Shown here: one piece after another, positions 1 through 12,783 of the stretch
Numbering within the stretch: the first letter of the stretch is position 1
How the letters are laid out: the number at the start of each line of letters is the position of its first letter
NCBI RefSeq assembly: GCF_004010195.1
Contig: NC_057754.1
Coordinates: forward strand, 8,866,566 to 8,923,237
From: Chiloscyllium plagiosum
Lineage: Eukaryota
DNA length: 56,672 bases
Direction: 5' to 3'
The notes under the pieces: model-generated
What the model was told of the DNA's origin: nothing
The model's input: the letters and a program-made list of their open reading frames with translations, nothing else
The model's database searches: none
Position numbers and translations under genes: made by a program

Positions 1-239
1 AGAACAGATTTAAATCCGTTATCAAAAGAAGCAATGGTGACAAGTAAAATGCTTTATTTCTTTATGCAGTGAGTTGTTAGAATGTGGAACATACAGTCTG
101 ATAGAGTGGTGGAGGCAGATTCAGTTGTAGCTTTCAAAAAGACTGGGTTTATGGTCTTAAATTGGAGGGGGAAAGCCAGGGTAGTGAGATTCATTGAGTT
201 GCTCTTACAGAAAGAGAGCACAGTGGGTTGAAAGAAGCA

Positions 240-790
240 CAGAATAAATAAAATGCAGAAGGAGGCCATTCATCCCACTGTGTCAAAACTAGCTCTCCAA
301 ATAAGCATGGCACCTCATACTATGCTCCTGTCTGCTCTGTATAGGATTCTTAATTTTCTGTTAACATCCTGAGTCCCTTTGAAATCTATTGATTGAACCA
401 ACCTCCACCACACATTCTGAACTCTCACTACTCACTGAGTGAAGATTTTCCTCATACGCTATTGATAATTTTTCCAATTCATATAAATCTGTACCACCTC
501 GGTCTCAATCCTTTCACAAGTGAATACGGTCTATTATATTTCTTCTACAAATGAAGCAGTTCCAGTTTTTTAAATCTAAACTTCATAACCCTAACATCTT
601 ATCCCCAGAATCATTATCTCTTTGCTGCACTCTCTCCAAATATCTTTCCTAAAATATGGCACCCAGAACTGATCACAATACTCTAGCAGAGGCCAAATTT
701 GTGTCTTATACAAATTCAATGTTATCTCCTTGCTTCTATCCTTTATGTCTCTATTAATGAAACCTAGGATGCTTTTCATTATCTTGACTA
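240..790 (-). mobile_element. Old CR1 LINE 3' fragment
   Basis: ORF 591..878(-) contains CR1 RT C-terminal motif LYKTQIWPLLEYCDQFWVPY. Confidence 0.7.
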
Positions 791-809
791 TACCTTCTCC
801 CACTCCTAT

Positions 810-1905
810 AAAAACACGATCCTTTACTCCCAATTCCTCCACCTTCGCTGTATCTGCTCCAAGCGTGAGCAATTCCACTCCAGGTCATCCCAGATATTCT
901 CCTCCTTCAAGCACCAGGATTTCCCCTCTGCTGTGATCAACATTGCCCCCAACTGCATCACTTTAATTTCCTGCACCTCTGCCCTCGAACCCCACACCCC
1001 CAGCCACAAAGATAGAGTCCCTCTGTTCCTCACATTCCACCCCACTAATCTCTAAATCCAGCACATCATCCTCCATCACTTCCACCACCAAAAATATATT
1101 TCGCTCCCCATTCCTATCTGTGTTCCGTACGGACCGTTCCCTGTGACTCCCTCGTTATGTCGACGCTCCCCACCAACCTCCTCTCTACACCTGGCACTTT
1201 CCTCTTACTGCCGTAACAGGCGCAAAACCTGGGCCCACACCTCCCCCTGCACCTCCATCCAAGACCCCAAAGGATCATTCCAAATCCAGCAAAGGTTTCC
1301 TTGCACATCCTCAAACCCCTTTTAATACATCTGTTGCTCTCGATGTGGTCTCCTCTACATCAGAGAGACCGAGCGCAAACTCGTGGAACAGTTCAGGCAA
1401 CATCTCTGGTCTGTACACACCAACCAACGCCACCTTCCAGTGGCCAACCATTTCAACTCCCCCTCCCACTCCCCCAATGATATGTCCATTCTGGGCCTCC
1501 TTCACTACCAAAACAATGCCACCCGCAAACTGTAGGAGGAACAGCTCATCTTCTGCCTGGAGAGCCTACAACCATGCAGTCACAACATTGAACTCACCAG
1601 TTTCCAAATCTCCCCACTCCCCCTTACACCATCCCAGGTCCAACCCTCTTGACCTGACCAACCTGTTCATCTTGCTTCCCACCTGTTCACTCCACCCATC
1701 CCATTGACCTATCACAATCACTTACTAGTTGCATTCACCTATCGGCATCCCACAAACATTTTCCCCAACTCACCCCCTCTCCTCCATTTATTTCTCAGCC
1801 CACTTCCCCATCCCCAGCCTGATGAAGAGTCCTGCCCAAAATGTTAACTCTCCTATTCCTCAGATGTTCCCTGGCCTGCTGTGGTATTTCCAGCGCCACG
1901 CTTTA
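810..1905 (+). mobile_element. Penelope-like element, 3' part (GIY-YIG region and pLTR)
   Basis: YICCSRCGLLYIRET GIY-YIG-like motif near 1326-1370; degenerate hammerhead core CTGATGA at ~1819. Confidence 0.8.
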
Positions 1906-2044
1906 TCAATTCTTTCCTGGTCAACAGCGCTGTCTATTTATCCTGCCAGACTAAGTGACTAAAGCAAACATATATCCGTGTTGCATTGCTCCTGCTCCTC
2001 TTTTAGAGTGGGACCACTTCTTATATTAAAATTATTCCATGTGC

Positions 2045-2900
2045 TTGTAGGAGGTCTGATCAGTAAGTTTACAGATGGCATGAAAATTGGTGGAATAGCA
2101 ATAAGGAAAGTAGGGCCATATAGCTGGGCTAGTCAGACAGGCTTAACATTGGCAAATGGGATTTAATCCAGAGAAATGTGAGGTGATACATTTTGGGAGG
2201 ACTAATTAAGCAAGAAATATGTTGAATACTTGGAAGTACAGATGATCAGAGGACCCCTGGTGGCATGCCCATTGAACCTTGATAGCAGTATGACTAGCAG
2301 ATAAGATAATAAAGAAGGCACATGGGATACTTGCTTTCATTACTCATGGCAATGAATTGAAGAGCAAGAGGTTTTTAGAATGAGAATCCCTACAGTGTGG
2401 AAACAGGCCCTTTGGCCCAACAAGTCCACATGGACCATCTGAAGAGATACCCACCCAGACCCATTCCCCTACCCGATGCGTACTACCCTGATTAATGCAC
2501 CTAATCTACACATCCCTGAACACTATGGGCAATTTAGCATGGCCAATTCACCAAACCTGCACATCTTTGAAATTGTGGGAGGAAACCCATGCAGACCCAG
2601 GGAGAATATGCAAACTCCACACAGACGGTTACTGGAGGCTGGGATTGAACCTGGGTCCCTGGTGCTGTAAGGCATCAGTGCTAACCACTGAGCCACTGTA
2701 ACACCTAGTTATAATAGAATTGTGTATTACATTAGTTAGCCCACAGTTGAAGTGCTGTTTGCAGTTTTGGTTGCCATTCCATAGGCAAGATTTGATTGCA
2801 TTAGAGAGTGCAGAACAGATTCCCTGGATGTTGCCTGGACTGGAACAATTCAGTTATGATGAGATTAGATGGGTTTTCCTTACAGCAAAGGAGGATGAGT
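2045..2900 (+). mobile_element. CR1 LINE fragment interrupted by a SINE
   Basis: ISKFTDGMKIGG (FADD-like) and LVSPQLKCCLQFW motifs on either side of the SINE. Confidence 0.65.
2375..2699 (-). mobile_element. HE1-like tRNA-derived V-SINE
   Basis: Reverse complement of GTGGCTCAGTGGTTAGCACTG head, conserved central domain, CR1-like tail. Confidence 0.85.
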
Positions 2901-2904
2901 GGGA

Positions 2905-3640
2905 TAGAACATAAAACATAACATTAGAGCGTAGTACAGGCCTTCGGCCCTCGATGTTGCACTGACCTGTGAAACCAGTCTGAAGTCCATTCATCCTACA
3001 CTATTACATTTTATCCATATGTTTAGGCAATGACCATTTAAATGCCCTTAAAGTTGGCAATTCTACTACTGCTGCAGGCAGGACATTTCATGGCCCTACT
3101 ACTCTCTGAGTAAAGAAACTACCTCTGGCATCAGTCCTATGCCTATCATCCTTCAATTTAAAGCTTTGTCCCCTCATGCTAGTCATCAGTATCTGAGGAA
3201 AAAGGCTCTCATTGTCCACTCGATCTAACCTCTGATCATCTTATATGTCTCAACTGAGTTCTCTCTCAACCTTCTCTCTAATGAAAACAGCCTCAAGTCC
3301 TCAGCCTTTCCTTATACGACCTTCCCCTCCATACCAGGGAACATCCTCGTAAATCTCCTCTGAACCCTTTCCAAAGCTTCCACATCTTTCCTTTAATGTA
3401 GTGACCAGAACAATATGCAATACTCCAAGTGTGGCCACACTAGAGTTTTGTACAACTGCAACGTGACCTCATGGCTCCGAAACTTAATCCCTCTACCAAT
3501 AAAAGCTAACACATTGTATGCCTTCTTGACAACTTGGGTGACAACTTTCAGGGATCTATGTACATGGACACCAAGATCTCTCTGCTCATTTACATGGGGG
3601 ATCAAAAATCTTACCATTAGCCCAGCACTCTGTATTCCTG
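2905..3640 (-). mobile_element. CR1 LINE 3' fragment
   Basis: ORF 3393..3680(-): QRDLGVHVHRSLKV...LYKTLVWPHLEYCILFW. Confidence 0.85.
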
Positions 3641-4112
3641 TTGCTCCATTTGATTGAAGTGTACAATATTTGAGGTACATAAATAGGAAAACGTTTCTCT
3701 ATATTTGCCCTTTGTAAAAGGGTCAATAACCAAGAACATAAGCTAAGGAGCAGGGGGATTTTAAGCAGAAAAATGGATTGTGGCTATCTTTGCTCAGTAA
3801 CCAAGAGTCTTTTCAGAACCTTTTAGATAAGCATTTGAAAATACCACAAAATACAAGAGAGCCCTTATCGTGCAGTGTTATTGTCCCTATCTCTGAGCTA
3901 GGAAACTTGAGTTCAAAAAAATACAAAGAACTGAAAATACAAAGATGCTGGAAACCAGAAACAAAAACAAATTGCTGGAAAAGACTCAACAGGTCTGTCA
4001 GCATCTGTGGAGAGAAAGAGTTAACGCTTCGGGTGCAGTGACCTTTCTTCAAAACGGCAGTTCTCAAGTCCTACCTGCTCCAAAGGTAGGTGATGACTCT
4101 GAACTCTTCCAG

Positions 4113-4265
4113 TACATTGCTCCTTTATAAAGTTGGCGATCACACACCAGCTAGCACATTGTCCTTTATAAAGATGGCGACAACACACCAGCCAGCACAT
4201 TGTCCTTTATAAAGATGGCGACCACACATACCAGACAGGAATTAGCCTTTATCAAGATGGCTACC
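4113..4265 (+). repeat. ~41-bp tandem repeat, about 3.7 copies, each with a YY1-like motif
   Basis: Unit CACATTGTCCTTTATAAAGATGGCGACAACACACCAGCCAG starts at ~4113, 4155, 4196, with a partial copy at ~4240. Confidence 0.9.
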
Positions 4266-4690
4266 GCGTACGTACCGTTCACGGGAAGACGGCCGCTAAG
4301 GGTCAAAACCTGCCACTGGCCTAACACAACCTGGAATGGGTGACTTCTCATTCGGCGTTCGAAGTTTGCATTGGATTTTAATACAGCTCTAAATCCAAAA
4401 AAAAACCTGCGAACTTCTACCTGCTTCAGCCTCCGCATTGCGTATATTTCATTCACGCCGCCCCAGTGATTGATGGCTGGTTTAGACCAATAGGAGGATG
4501 GGGCAGGCCTGGAGGACCGACCACTTGCAGCTGGTCCTCCAACAATTGAAATAAACGGGGGCGGGGTTGAACCTGGGTCTCCCCTCATTGGCTCAAACTC
4601 TTTCTTATTTGGAAATTAGATTTTGACAAACTCCAAGAGAAAAACAGATAACGTTTCGTGGATTTGGAGTAAACATTTCAACATTTGTCA
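4260..4690 (-). promoter_or_regulatory. CpG-rich promoter, minus-oriented, paralogous to the 34.5-kb promoter; target gene not seen in the window
   Basis: TGATTGATGG 4467-4476, CCAAT 4487-4491, GC box ~4557-4566, ATTGG ~4587; aligns inverted to 34445-34650. Confidence 0.7.
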
Positions 4691-4864
4691 CGGAAGTGGA
4701 GGATCATGATCACAGACTGCACAAACAATGCAAGGGCTGACCAAAGAGGAATAACTGGGCAAACGGAATGCCACGGTTAGAACAAAAGTTCCAGGTTTCC
4801 ATAAATGAACAGGCAGAATCGTTAGGACCAGTTAGAGAGAAGGTTAAACCTGTCATCATTCATT

Positions 4865-5125
4865 AGGTCACAGAGTCATAAAGCATGGAAACAGACCCTT
4901 CAGTCCAACTATCCATGCCGACCAAGTTTCCCAAACTAAATTGGTCCCATTTGCCTGTGTTTGGCTCATATCCCTCGAAACCTTTCTGATTCATGTACCT
5001 GTCCAAACCTCTTTTAAATGTTGTGACTATCTGCATCTGCAACTTCCTCTGGCAGTTCATTCCACACACAAACCATCTCTGTGTGAAACAGACCCCTCAG
5101 GACTCTTTTAAATTTTTTTCTCCTC
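4865..5125 (-). mobile_element. CR1 LINE 3' end
   Basis: Same tail (GGACCGAAGGGTCTGTTTCCATGCT-like) as the other CR1 copies. Confidence 0.85.
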
Positions 5126-5309
5126 TCACAAGAGGTGATGCCTATTGCCAATAAGTGGGAAATAGTTTAACTTCCCATTACTCAATGATTATCTTCCCAG
5201 AGTCTCTTAAGCCTCGCCCACAGCCGGTTCCCTTACCAAGATGGCTCCCAATTTGCCCTGATCTTCACTTCACTTCCTTTCCCATGATGGAGTACAAACG
5301 GTTGCCTGA

Positions 5310-5660
5310 GTAAAAACAGAAACTGCTGGAAAAGCTCAGCAGGTCTGGCAGCACCTGTGGACAGAAATCAGAGTTAACGTTTTGGGTCGAGTGACCCTTC
5401 TTCAGAACTGATGGTAGCTAGGAAAATGTTGAGTTAGATCAAGAAGATAGGGTGATCGGAGGGGAATAAAGGTCAACTATAGATGGGAATACAGGCAAAA
5501 GAGGGAGAAGAACAGTTGGACAGACAAAGGAGTGGGTAATAATCTGGCTAGGAGGATTAGTGGGGACTGTTAATGGTGAACAATGGGTGGGTGTAAGAGC
5601 AGACTATGTGATAACAAGGCCTGGTTTGTGACAGGGTTGGGGTAAGGTTGCCTGGATAAT
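5310..5660 (-). mobile_element. Penelope pLTR fragment
   Basis: GCTGGAAAAGCTCAGCAGGTCTGGCAGCA terminus plus hammerhead-like motif at 5372-5409. Confidence 0.7.
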
Positions 5661-6349
5661 GTGGGCTTTCCCTGGGGAGGAAACCCCACCTCCTTAATTC
5701 ACTTTGATTCCTCAGTGATCCCGCAGGGTAAGTATGGGTACAGTAGGCTCTTATTTGTGGTCCAGGCCTCCACAGAGTTGATAAAGATGCTAGACCCCAG
5801 TGCCGTGGTTTCCAGTTCTATCTTGCCTCACAATTGCCTCCCACTAACTGAACCATCTGCCCTCCTCAGATTTTCCCCATAAGTGACATTGAGCATGCTC
5901 AGAGCACAGCCTGCTTCTGCCTACTGAGCTCCACTCACTGATGGGACCCTTTCTGCAATGCAAGGCAGTCTGGGTAAACAGGGAGACAGTGAGTTCTGCA
6001 GATAGGCAAAAGGACAGATTTGGTCATAATGGACTGAACAGGAAAACAAAAAGGTGGGACAGTTGATGACCTGTGGTAAATGTTTAAAGAGATATTCAAT
6101 TCCTCCCAACTGTGATATATTCCATGGAAACAACTACGGTTAAGCAAGAAAGTTAAAGATAACATAAAGAAAGTGTTCTTGGTCTTTGCTGGTTTTGACA
6201 TTATCTTGGCCAGTGCTTTTCCCAGTTTCTCATGGGAAAGTAAGTTTCTTCTTCCTACTAATTATGCCACATTTCTTCAATGTTGCTGCTTTTCTGACTG
6301 GAGATTTCCTGACAAGAGATTGTTTTACTGTTTTCTTTAATAATTGTTT

Positions 6350-6985
6350 CTAGTCTGATTAATTGATTGATGGATTGATTTATTGTCATGAGTACCCAAA
6401 TACAGTTAAAAGCTTTGTTTTCATGCAGTACAGGCAGATCGTAGTAAGCAAGGGCATAGAGATCATTGGGTGATGAAAAAGCTAACAAGGGCATACAAAT
6501 TACATTGCACAGGGTGAGCACTAAGTAAGATCAACTTTAGCAAGTTCAGCATTATTTGAAGTTAGAGAGTCCATTCATCAGTCTAATAACAGCCAGGAAG
6601 AAGCTGTTCCTAAACCTGTTGGTTCATGTGTTCAAGCTTCCATATCTTCTCCCTGATGGAAGAGATTGTAGAAGATCATTACCAGGGTGGGATGGGTATT
6701 TGAAGATGTTGGCAGCCTTTCCATGGCAACGGGTCATGTAAATTGAGTTCATGGATGAAAGGCTGGCTTCCAGGATGATCTGGGCTGTGCCCATGACCTT
6801 CTGTCATTTTTAATGTTCTGAGCAGAGCAACTGCTATGCTGTTGCTGTTATGCACCCAGCTAGTGTGCTTTCAATGGTGCATCTTTAAAAGTTGCTGAGG
6901 GTCATTATGGACATGCCAAATTTCCTGAGCCCCCTAAGGAAGAAGATGTTATTGTGCCTTCTTGACAGCACATCTACGTGGGCCG
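6350..6985 (-). mobile_element. Rex1/Babar-like LINE 3' fragment
   Basis: Minus strand reads roughly FLRGLRKFGMS...RCTIESTLAGCIT, typical of the Rex1 RT C-terminus; (ATTG)-like tail ~6357-6380. Confidence 0.65.
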
Positions 6986-7899
6986 GCTGTCAGTTATCTG
7001 TTGGTTTCTCCATATTCTTTCCCATTTTCTCCTGGATTTCCTTAGTGATCTTGCAAATATCAGGGGTGTTTTGTCCCTTTCTCTGCACTAGGGAGCCTTT
7101 CTCCACCTCTTTCCTGGTCCTGATGTGAGCCTGAAACATCTCCATATTGCTGCCAAGTAGTGCTCTCTTTATTCTTACAGCCATTGCAACCTGCCACAAC
7201 CCTCCGGATTCATAGACTGGCTTATTTCTGTTCATCACCCTTAGTGAGTGAGCATTTCACTTGGATTCTATTAATCTGGGACAGTTTGTGTCAGATATTA
7301 ACTCCCGCCACAGTCTCAGCAGACACAATAGCCCTGCATTAATCCAGTACTTCTGCAAGACTGCTTTGTAAAGGTGACTCCAGGACATGAAACAGGCTGC
7401 ACAGAAAAATCCCATCTGAAGTATCCAGTTTCCATAGTTCTCTTTCCCACCCAGCTCTGTACCTTTAACTCAGTCTCTGATAAAAGTCAATTGGAGAAAG
7501 TTCACAAGAGTTTTTATTCCCTGTGCAGACATTATTCTATTAGGTCAGAAGACATAGGAGTAGACATTGGCCATTTAAACCAGTGAGTCAGCTCTGCCAT
7601 TCAATTAGATTACAGCTGATCTGACAATCTACAGATCTACTATCCTGCCTTTTACCCATAAATGCTGGATTCCCTAACTTATTACAAATATGTCTGTCTC
7701 AACCTTGAATTTACTTAACAACCCAATCACTATAGTCCTCCATGGTGAAGGATTTCACAAATTCCCAACCCTCAGAGAGAAGAAATCCGTCATCTTTGGC
7801 CTAACTGGGTCACCCCTTACTCTGAAACTATGCCCTCTAGTCCTAGACCTTCCCACAAAGGTGAAACAAGCGTTATGAATCTACATTGTCTAGCCCCCT

Positions 7900-8288
7900 C
7901 AGAAGGAGAAAGTAAGGACTGCAGCCGCTGGAGATCAGAGTCAAGAGAGTGCGGTGCTAGAAAAGCACAGCAGGTCAGGTAGCATTCCAGGAGCAGGAGA
8001 GATGATGTTTCGGGCATAAGCCCTTCATCAGCAATGAGGCTTGCGGGCCTAGAGGGTAGAGAGATAAATGAGTGGGGGTGATGGTGACTGGTCAGAGAGG
8101 AGGGTGGAGCGGACAGGTGGGAAGGAGGATGGACAGGTACAACAGGTCAAGAGGGTGGTGCAGAATTGTAAGGTTATATCTGGGATAAGATGGGGGGAGG
8201 GGAAATGAGGAAACTGGTGAAATGCATATTGATCCCATGTGGTTGGACAGTCCCAAGGCGGAAGATGAGGTGTTCATCCTCCAGGCCC
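7900..8288 (-). mobile_element. Penelope 3' fragment inserted into a CR1 remnant
   Basis: pLTR terminus with hammerhead core at ~8003-8031. Confidence 0.75.
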
Positions 8289-9039
8289 TAAGAATCTCTA
8301 TTCCTTTTAATCTTCTAAACTCCAATGATAAAAGGCTCAATGTACTCAAACTGTCTTCAAAAGATAATCCTTCCACACTCAGGATCAATATAGTGAACCT
8401 TCGTTGGACTGCATCCAGTGCCAGTATATCTTTCCTTAGATAAGGGAACCAGGACACCTTTGACAACACCTTTTAAACTCACAACCTCAACATTCTAGAA
8501 GGATAACAGCATTTCGATACGTGGTAACACAATCACCTGCAAGTTCCTCTTCTGTGCTGGCTTGGAAATATGATGCCATTCCTTCAGTTTTATTAGCTCA
8601 AAATTTTGGAACTCCTTCCATAGTGGCATTGTAGCTCTGTCTCCACCAAATGGTCTGCAGTGATTCAAGAAGGCAGCTCACTATCATCTTCTCAAGCACA
8701 ACTAAGAATGGGCAAAAGGGCCTTTGTCTATGCTGTAAAAGCCTTATGACCTTATATATTAGAAATAATTGTGGCCCCAGCACACTGAATCCCTGTGCCA
8801 TTCCACCAGTTATAGTTCCCCTTTCTGAAAAGAGTTTGCTAAGAAAAGGGATTGGACAAACTGGAATTGTTTTCCTTGGAGCAGAGGAAACTGAGGGGGA
8901 CATGATTGAGATGGATAAAATGATGAGGGACATAGATAGAGTAGAGAGGAAGGAATTTCTCCCTTTTGGGAGGGATCCGTGACCAGGATGAATAGACTTC
9001 AGGTAAGGGGTGGGAGATTTAAAGGGAATGTTACCCTCT

Positions 9040-9850
9040 GTCTTCCCTGCTCTGATGAAAACAATCCCAGTTTATCCAATCTTCCTTCAAAACTGAAACT
9101 TTCCAGCCCAGTCAACATCCTGGTGACACGTTTCCTGCGCCTTCTCAATGCAATCACATCCCTCCTATAATGTGGATTCCAGAACTGCACACAATACTCT
9201 TGTTGTGGCTAAACACAGGATCCAGAATAACATCCTTGTTCTTAAACTCAATGTCTCATCTAATAATTACAAGTATCCATATGCTGCCTTAACCACTTTA
9301 CCAACATTTCCTGCTACCTTAAGGGACCAGTGGGCATACACACCAAGGTCTGTCTGAACCTCAGTGCTTTCCAGAATCCACCCTTTCATCATTTGTTCCC
9401 TAGCCTTTTCTGTCCTGCCTAAGTGCATCACCTTACACTTATCTAGATTGAATTCCATTTGCCACTGATCAGCCTGTCTATATTGTCCTGTCATCTAAAG
9501 CTATCTTCCTCACTTTTTGCCACCCCACCAATTTTTGTATCATCTATCCATTTACAGACCAACCCTCCTATACTCAAGTCTAAATCATTTATATATATAC
9601 CACAAACAACAAGGGCACCAACACTGACCCCTGCAGAACCCCACTCGATAAAAGTTTCCAGTCACAAAAACATTCCTTGCCCATCATTCCTGTTTCCTGC
9701 CAATTCTGGATCTATTAGCCAAATTTCTTTGGATCCTACAGGCTTTTACCATTGTGATCCATCTCGAATGCAGAACCCTACAAATAGACTGCATTGATCA
9801 ACAAACATCTGGTCACCTCTTCAAAATTTCAATCAAGTGGTCAGACATAC
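9040..9850 (-). mobile_element. CR1 LINE RT fragment
   Basis: WQMEFNLDKCKVMHLG and MQFWNPHYRRDV motifs. Confidence 0.8.
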
Positions 9851-9859
9851 CCTCCTATG

Positions 9860-10174
9860 TTTCAGAAAATGAACACAATTGTGTAATGTGCAAATTCATA
9901 AGTTTTCCAAATACAAAGCTTTATTGTTTAATATCTTCAATTTCATCTGCGCTTACTTTATCAATGGTTTTCTTAAATATTTCACCGGAGACTATATCTG
10001 TGTTAATAAAATGATTGATTCAGGTTCTTTTACAAGGAATAACCACCCTTTTCAAAGATTTTCTTGTACAGTAACTCCATCTCCAAATCTGAAACAGGTG
10101 GAACTCTTAAATTCCTAACTCTGTCCCATGTTTTTACTCAGAGCGTCTAGGTATATGTTTATTCCACACACAGT
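9860..10174 (-). mobile_element. Decayed Copia (GalEa-like) aspartic protease, downstream half
   Basis: Minus strand: TVCGINIYLDALSK...STCFRFGDG...KRVVIPC...FINTDIVSGEI, with stops and frameshifts. Confidence 0.65.
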
Positions 10175-10414
10175 TGTAGGATTAGTAGGGAAATTAATGT
10201 TTTATTATTGACTTAGTTGAGTTATGATCATAGAAGTGAAGTGTCTTCATTAGTATTGTGTTATTCTACATAGGTATAACACAGATCTTAGCACTGTAAC
10301 ATCATGTGACACTACTGAGCTTTATTCATCAAAGAAGTGCATTATGGGCTTGTGAACTGTGTGAAGGCAACAACCTGTTGCTTTAGACTTACAGCTGAGA
10401 GGGCTCTGGTTAGC

Positions 10415-11272
10415 TCAGATTACAATGGGGTCTTGATCAGATGGGCCAATGGGCTGAGAAGTGGCAGATGGAGTTTAATTCAGATAAATGTGAGGTGCTG
10501 CATTTTGGGAAAGCAAATCTTAGCAGGACTTATACACTTAATAGTAAGGTCCTAGGGAGTGTTGCTGAACAAAGAGACCTTGGAGTGCAGGTTCATAGCT
10601 CCTTGAAAGTAGAGTCGCAGTTAGATAGGATAGTGAAGTAGGTGTTTGGTATGCTTTCCTTTATTGGTCAGAGTATTGAGTACAGGAGTTGCGAGGTCAT
10701 GTTGTGGCAGTACAGGACATTGGTTAGGCCACTGTTGGAATATTGTGTGCAATTCTGGTCTCCTTCCTATCAGAAAGATGTTGTAAAACTTGAAAGGGTT
10801 CAGGAAAGATTTATAGGGATGTTGCCAGGGTTGGAGGGTTTGAGTTATAGGGAAAAGCTGGGGCTGTTTTCCCCAGAGTGTCGGAGGCTGAGGAGTGACC
10901 TTATAGAGGTTTATAAAATCATGAGGGGCATGGATAGGATAAATAGACAAAGTATTTTCCCTGGGGTGGGGAAGTCCAGAACTAGAGGGCATAGGTTTAG
11001 GATGAGAGGGAAAAGATATAAAAGAGACCTAAGGGGCAACTTTTTCACGCAGAGGGTGAAGCGTGTATGGATTGAGCTGCCAGAGGAAGTGGTGGTGGCT
11101 GGTACAATTACAGCAATTAAAAGGCATCTGGATGGGTATATGAAAAGGAAGGAGTTGGAGGGATATGAGCCAGGTGCTGACAGGTGAGACTAGATTGGGT
11201 TGGGATAACTGGTCGGCATGGACGAGTTGGACCGAAGGGTCTGTTTCCATGCTGTACATCTCTATGACTCTA
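10415..11272 (+). mobile_element. 5'-truncated CR1 (HER1-like) LINE
   Basis: ORFs 10441..10641 and 10642..11187 encode CR1 RT C-terminus; intact 3' tail. Confidence 0.92.
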
Positions 11273-11454
11273 AGCGTCCAGGCTTCCAATGTTGAACAAG
11301 TAAGAGGTAGCCCTTAACAAGAATTCCCAACCGCAGCTGTTTCCTTTTCTTGACCTGTACAGCATTTGACCAAATGTAAACTTTGTATCAAGGGTCAGAT
11401 TATAATTCATTAGACTGAGCATACCCTGTATTGTCATCATTGGCAATCACTCAC

Positions 11455-11945
11455 CATTGAGTCTGAAAGCACCCCACCCACCCCCCTTGGGAATTTCCCT
11501 ATCACCAGTCCTGGGTTCTATGGGTCCTTGTGTGGCTGAAGAGCCTGATCATAGGGTGACATCTCCGACCACAGGTTTGGCAGGCGCCTCCGAGTCAAAT
11601 CGAGCCTTGGCCTCGAGATTGCTGGCATTTCTTTCTCCAGTTCCTTTTCCTTACTTTCTCGTACTGACAGATGTTCTCAAAGAATCCTGTCCCTGTGTAG
11701 GGGAGTTTCCTCCAAGTCACTTTCCTCTGAACAAGGATCTCCCAGGTGTCAATATCTATGCTGTATTCCTTGAGGTAAGCCTTCAGTAGTCTTTAAAACA
11801 TTTCTTTTGTCCACCTCTTGTTCCAGTGCCTTCCTGAAGATGGGCGAAGATTCGCTTTAGCAGTTGGAACTCGGGCATGCTGAACAAGTCGCTGGCTTAC
11901 TGATGAAGGTTTTGGATGATCTTGATCTCAATGCTCGTGCCATTG
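11455..11945 (-). mobile_element. RTE-clade LINE 3' fragment
   Basis: Minus strand: KRIFAHLQEGTGTRGGQKKCFKD...LKAYLKEYSIDIDTWE and terminal CGRRC...LFSHTRTH. Confidence 0.75.
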
Positions 11946-12783
11946 GCTCCTTATTTATGTTACTAACAATATGAAGAGATTTGTATACTTACACATCTAT
12001 GACCTCTTATGTAAAGGGGAACATGGACTGTTTCCGAGCATTCAAACACAGCAAAACAAGAACAACTAGCACAAATAGCTCTCAGGAAACAAAAATGGTC
12101 AATGGTTACTAAATATCTGATTTAATGGGAACTTCAACACAAGTGAGCACTAAGACATGGGATCAATAATACCAATCTCTGGTCCTTTTTTTGAAAATGC
12201 CTCCCTTTTTCTTTAACAAAGAGGTCAAAAGCTTTCACACTCGTCTTTTATCTGAATAAGGAAATAATGTCAATGTGTATTGAAAAGAAGACTTATGGAT
12301 AAGAAACCAAAAAGGAGGTAGTGGGAGGTGACATCAGTTGATGTCCATCACCTCAAAAAGCCAATTAGAGATTGATCATGTGCCCCTTAATCCAATTAGC
12401 TATACATCTCACCTAATCTAGGTCAATGCGAATATAAGGGTGTAATTGATCATGCTGTAGGCTGTGACTTGGAGTTAAGCAACAGCTTTTGGGAATAAAT
12501 GTGCGTGAGATAAAGTTTGAAGTTATCCTGCTTCCAATCAGGAGTGAAATGCTCTCAAGGCATTGGAGAAACTAAGAGTTGAGTGGCACTTGCACTGGAA
12601 TGCAAGAGCTGCAGCCTGCATAGAAAGTCACTACCCTGCTTTAAAAGTTACCCTCATAACCCGAGTAAAGTTACCTTTCTGACTGCACCAGACTGTCTTA
12701 AGTTGCCTTATTGCTTAAAGTCTCAAATGAACAAATTAATATTGGGATTTGAGTTTGAATTATGTAAGATCTTAAAACTTCTA

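Larger units (their letters stand above)
10175..12783 (+). mobile_element. Probable solo LTR (~1.25 kb without its nested CR1 and RTE) inserted into the Copia protease
   Basis: Starts TGTAGG; CAGT duplicated at 10171-10174 and 12784-12787; CCAAT, TATA-like and AATAAA motifs at 12.36-12.50 kb. Confidence 0.5.

Noticed and set aside
4113..4265. CRISPR-like repeat-spacer pattern (also 51295-51625)
   Set aside because: Intervening sequences are homologous to each other, the context is eukaryotic and there are no cas genes
4166..4588. 140-aa ORF, and ORFs across the 25-kb and 34.7-kb CpG islands
   Set aside because: No recognisable domain; expected by chance in GC-rich promoter DNA
6990..7380. 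82-aa minus-strand ORF
   Set aside because: No motif I can assign; probably a decayed repeat
10642..11187. 181-aa ORF and similar ORFs as host genes
   Set aside because: CR1 reverse-transcriptase C-terminal fragments in truncated copies
12360..12500. Homeobox-site/TATA cluster as a host gene promoter
   Set aside because: Lies inside the TSD-bounded LTR-like insert, with no downstream host exon seen
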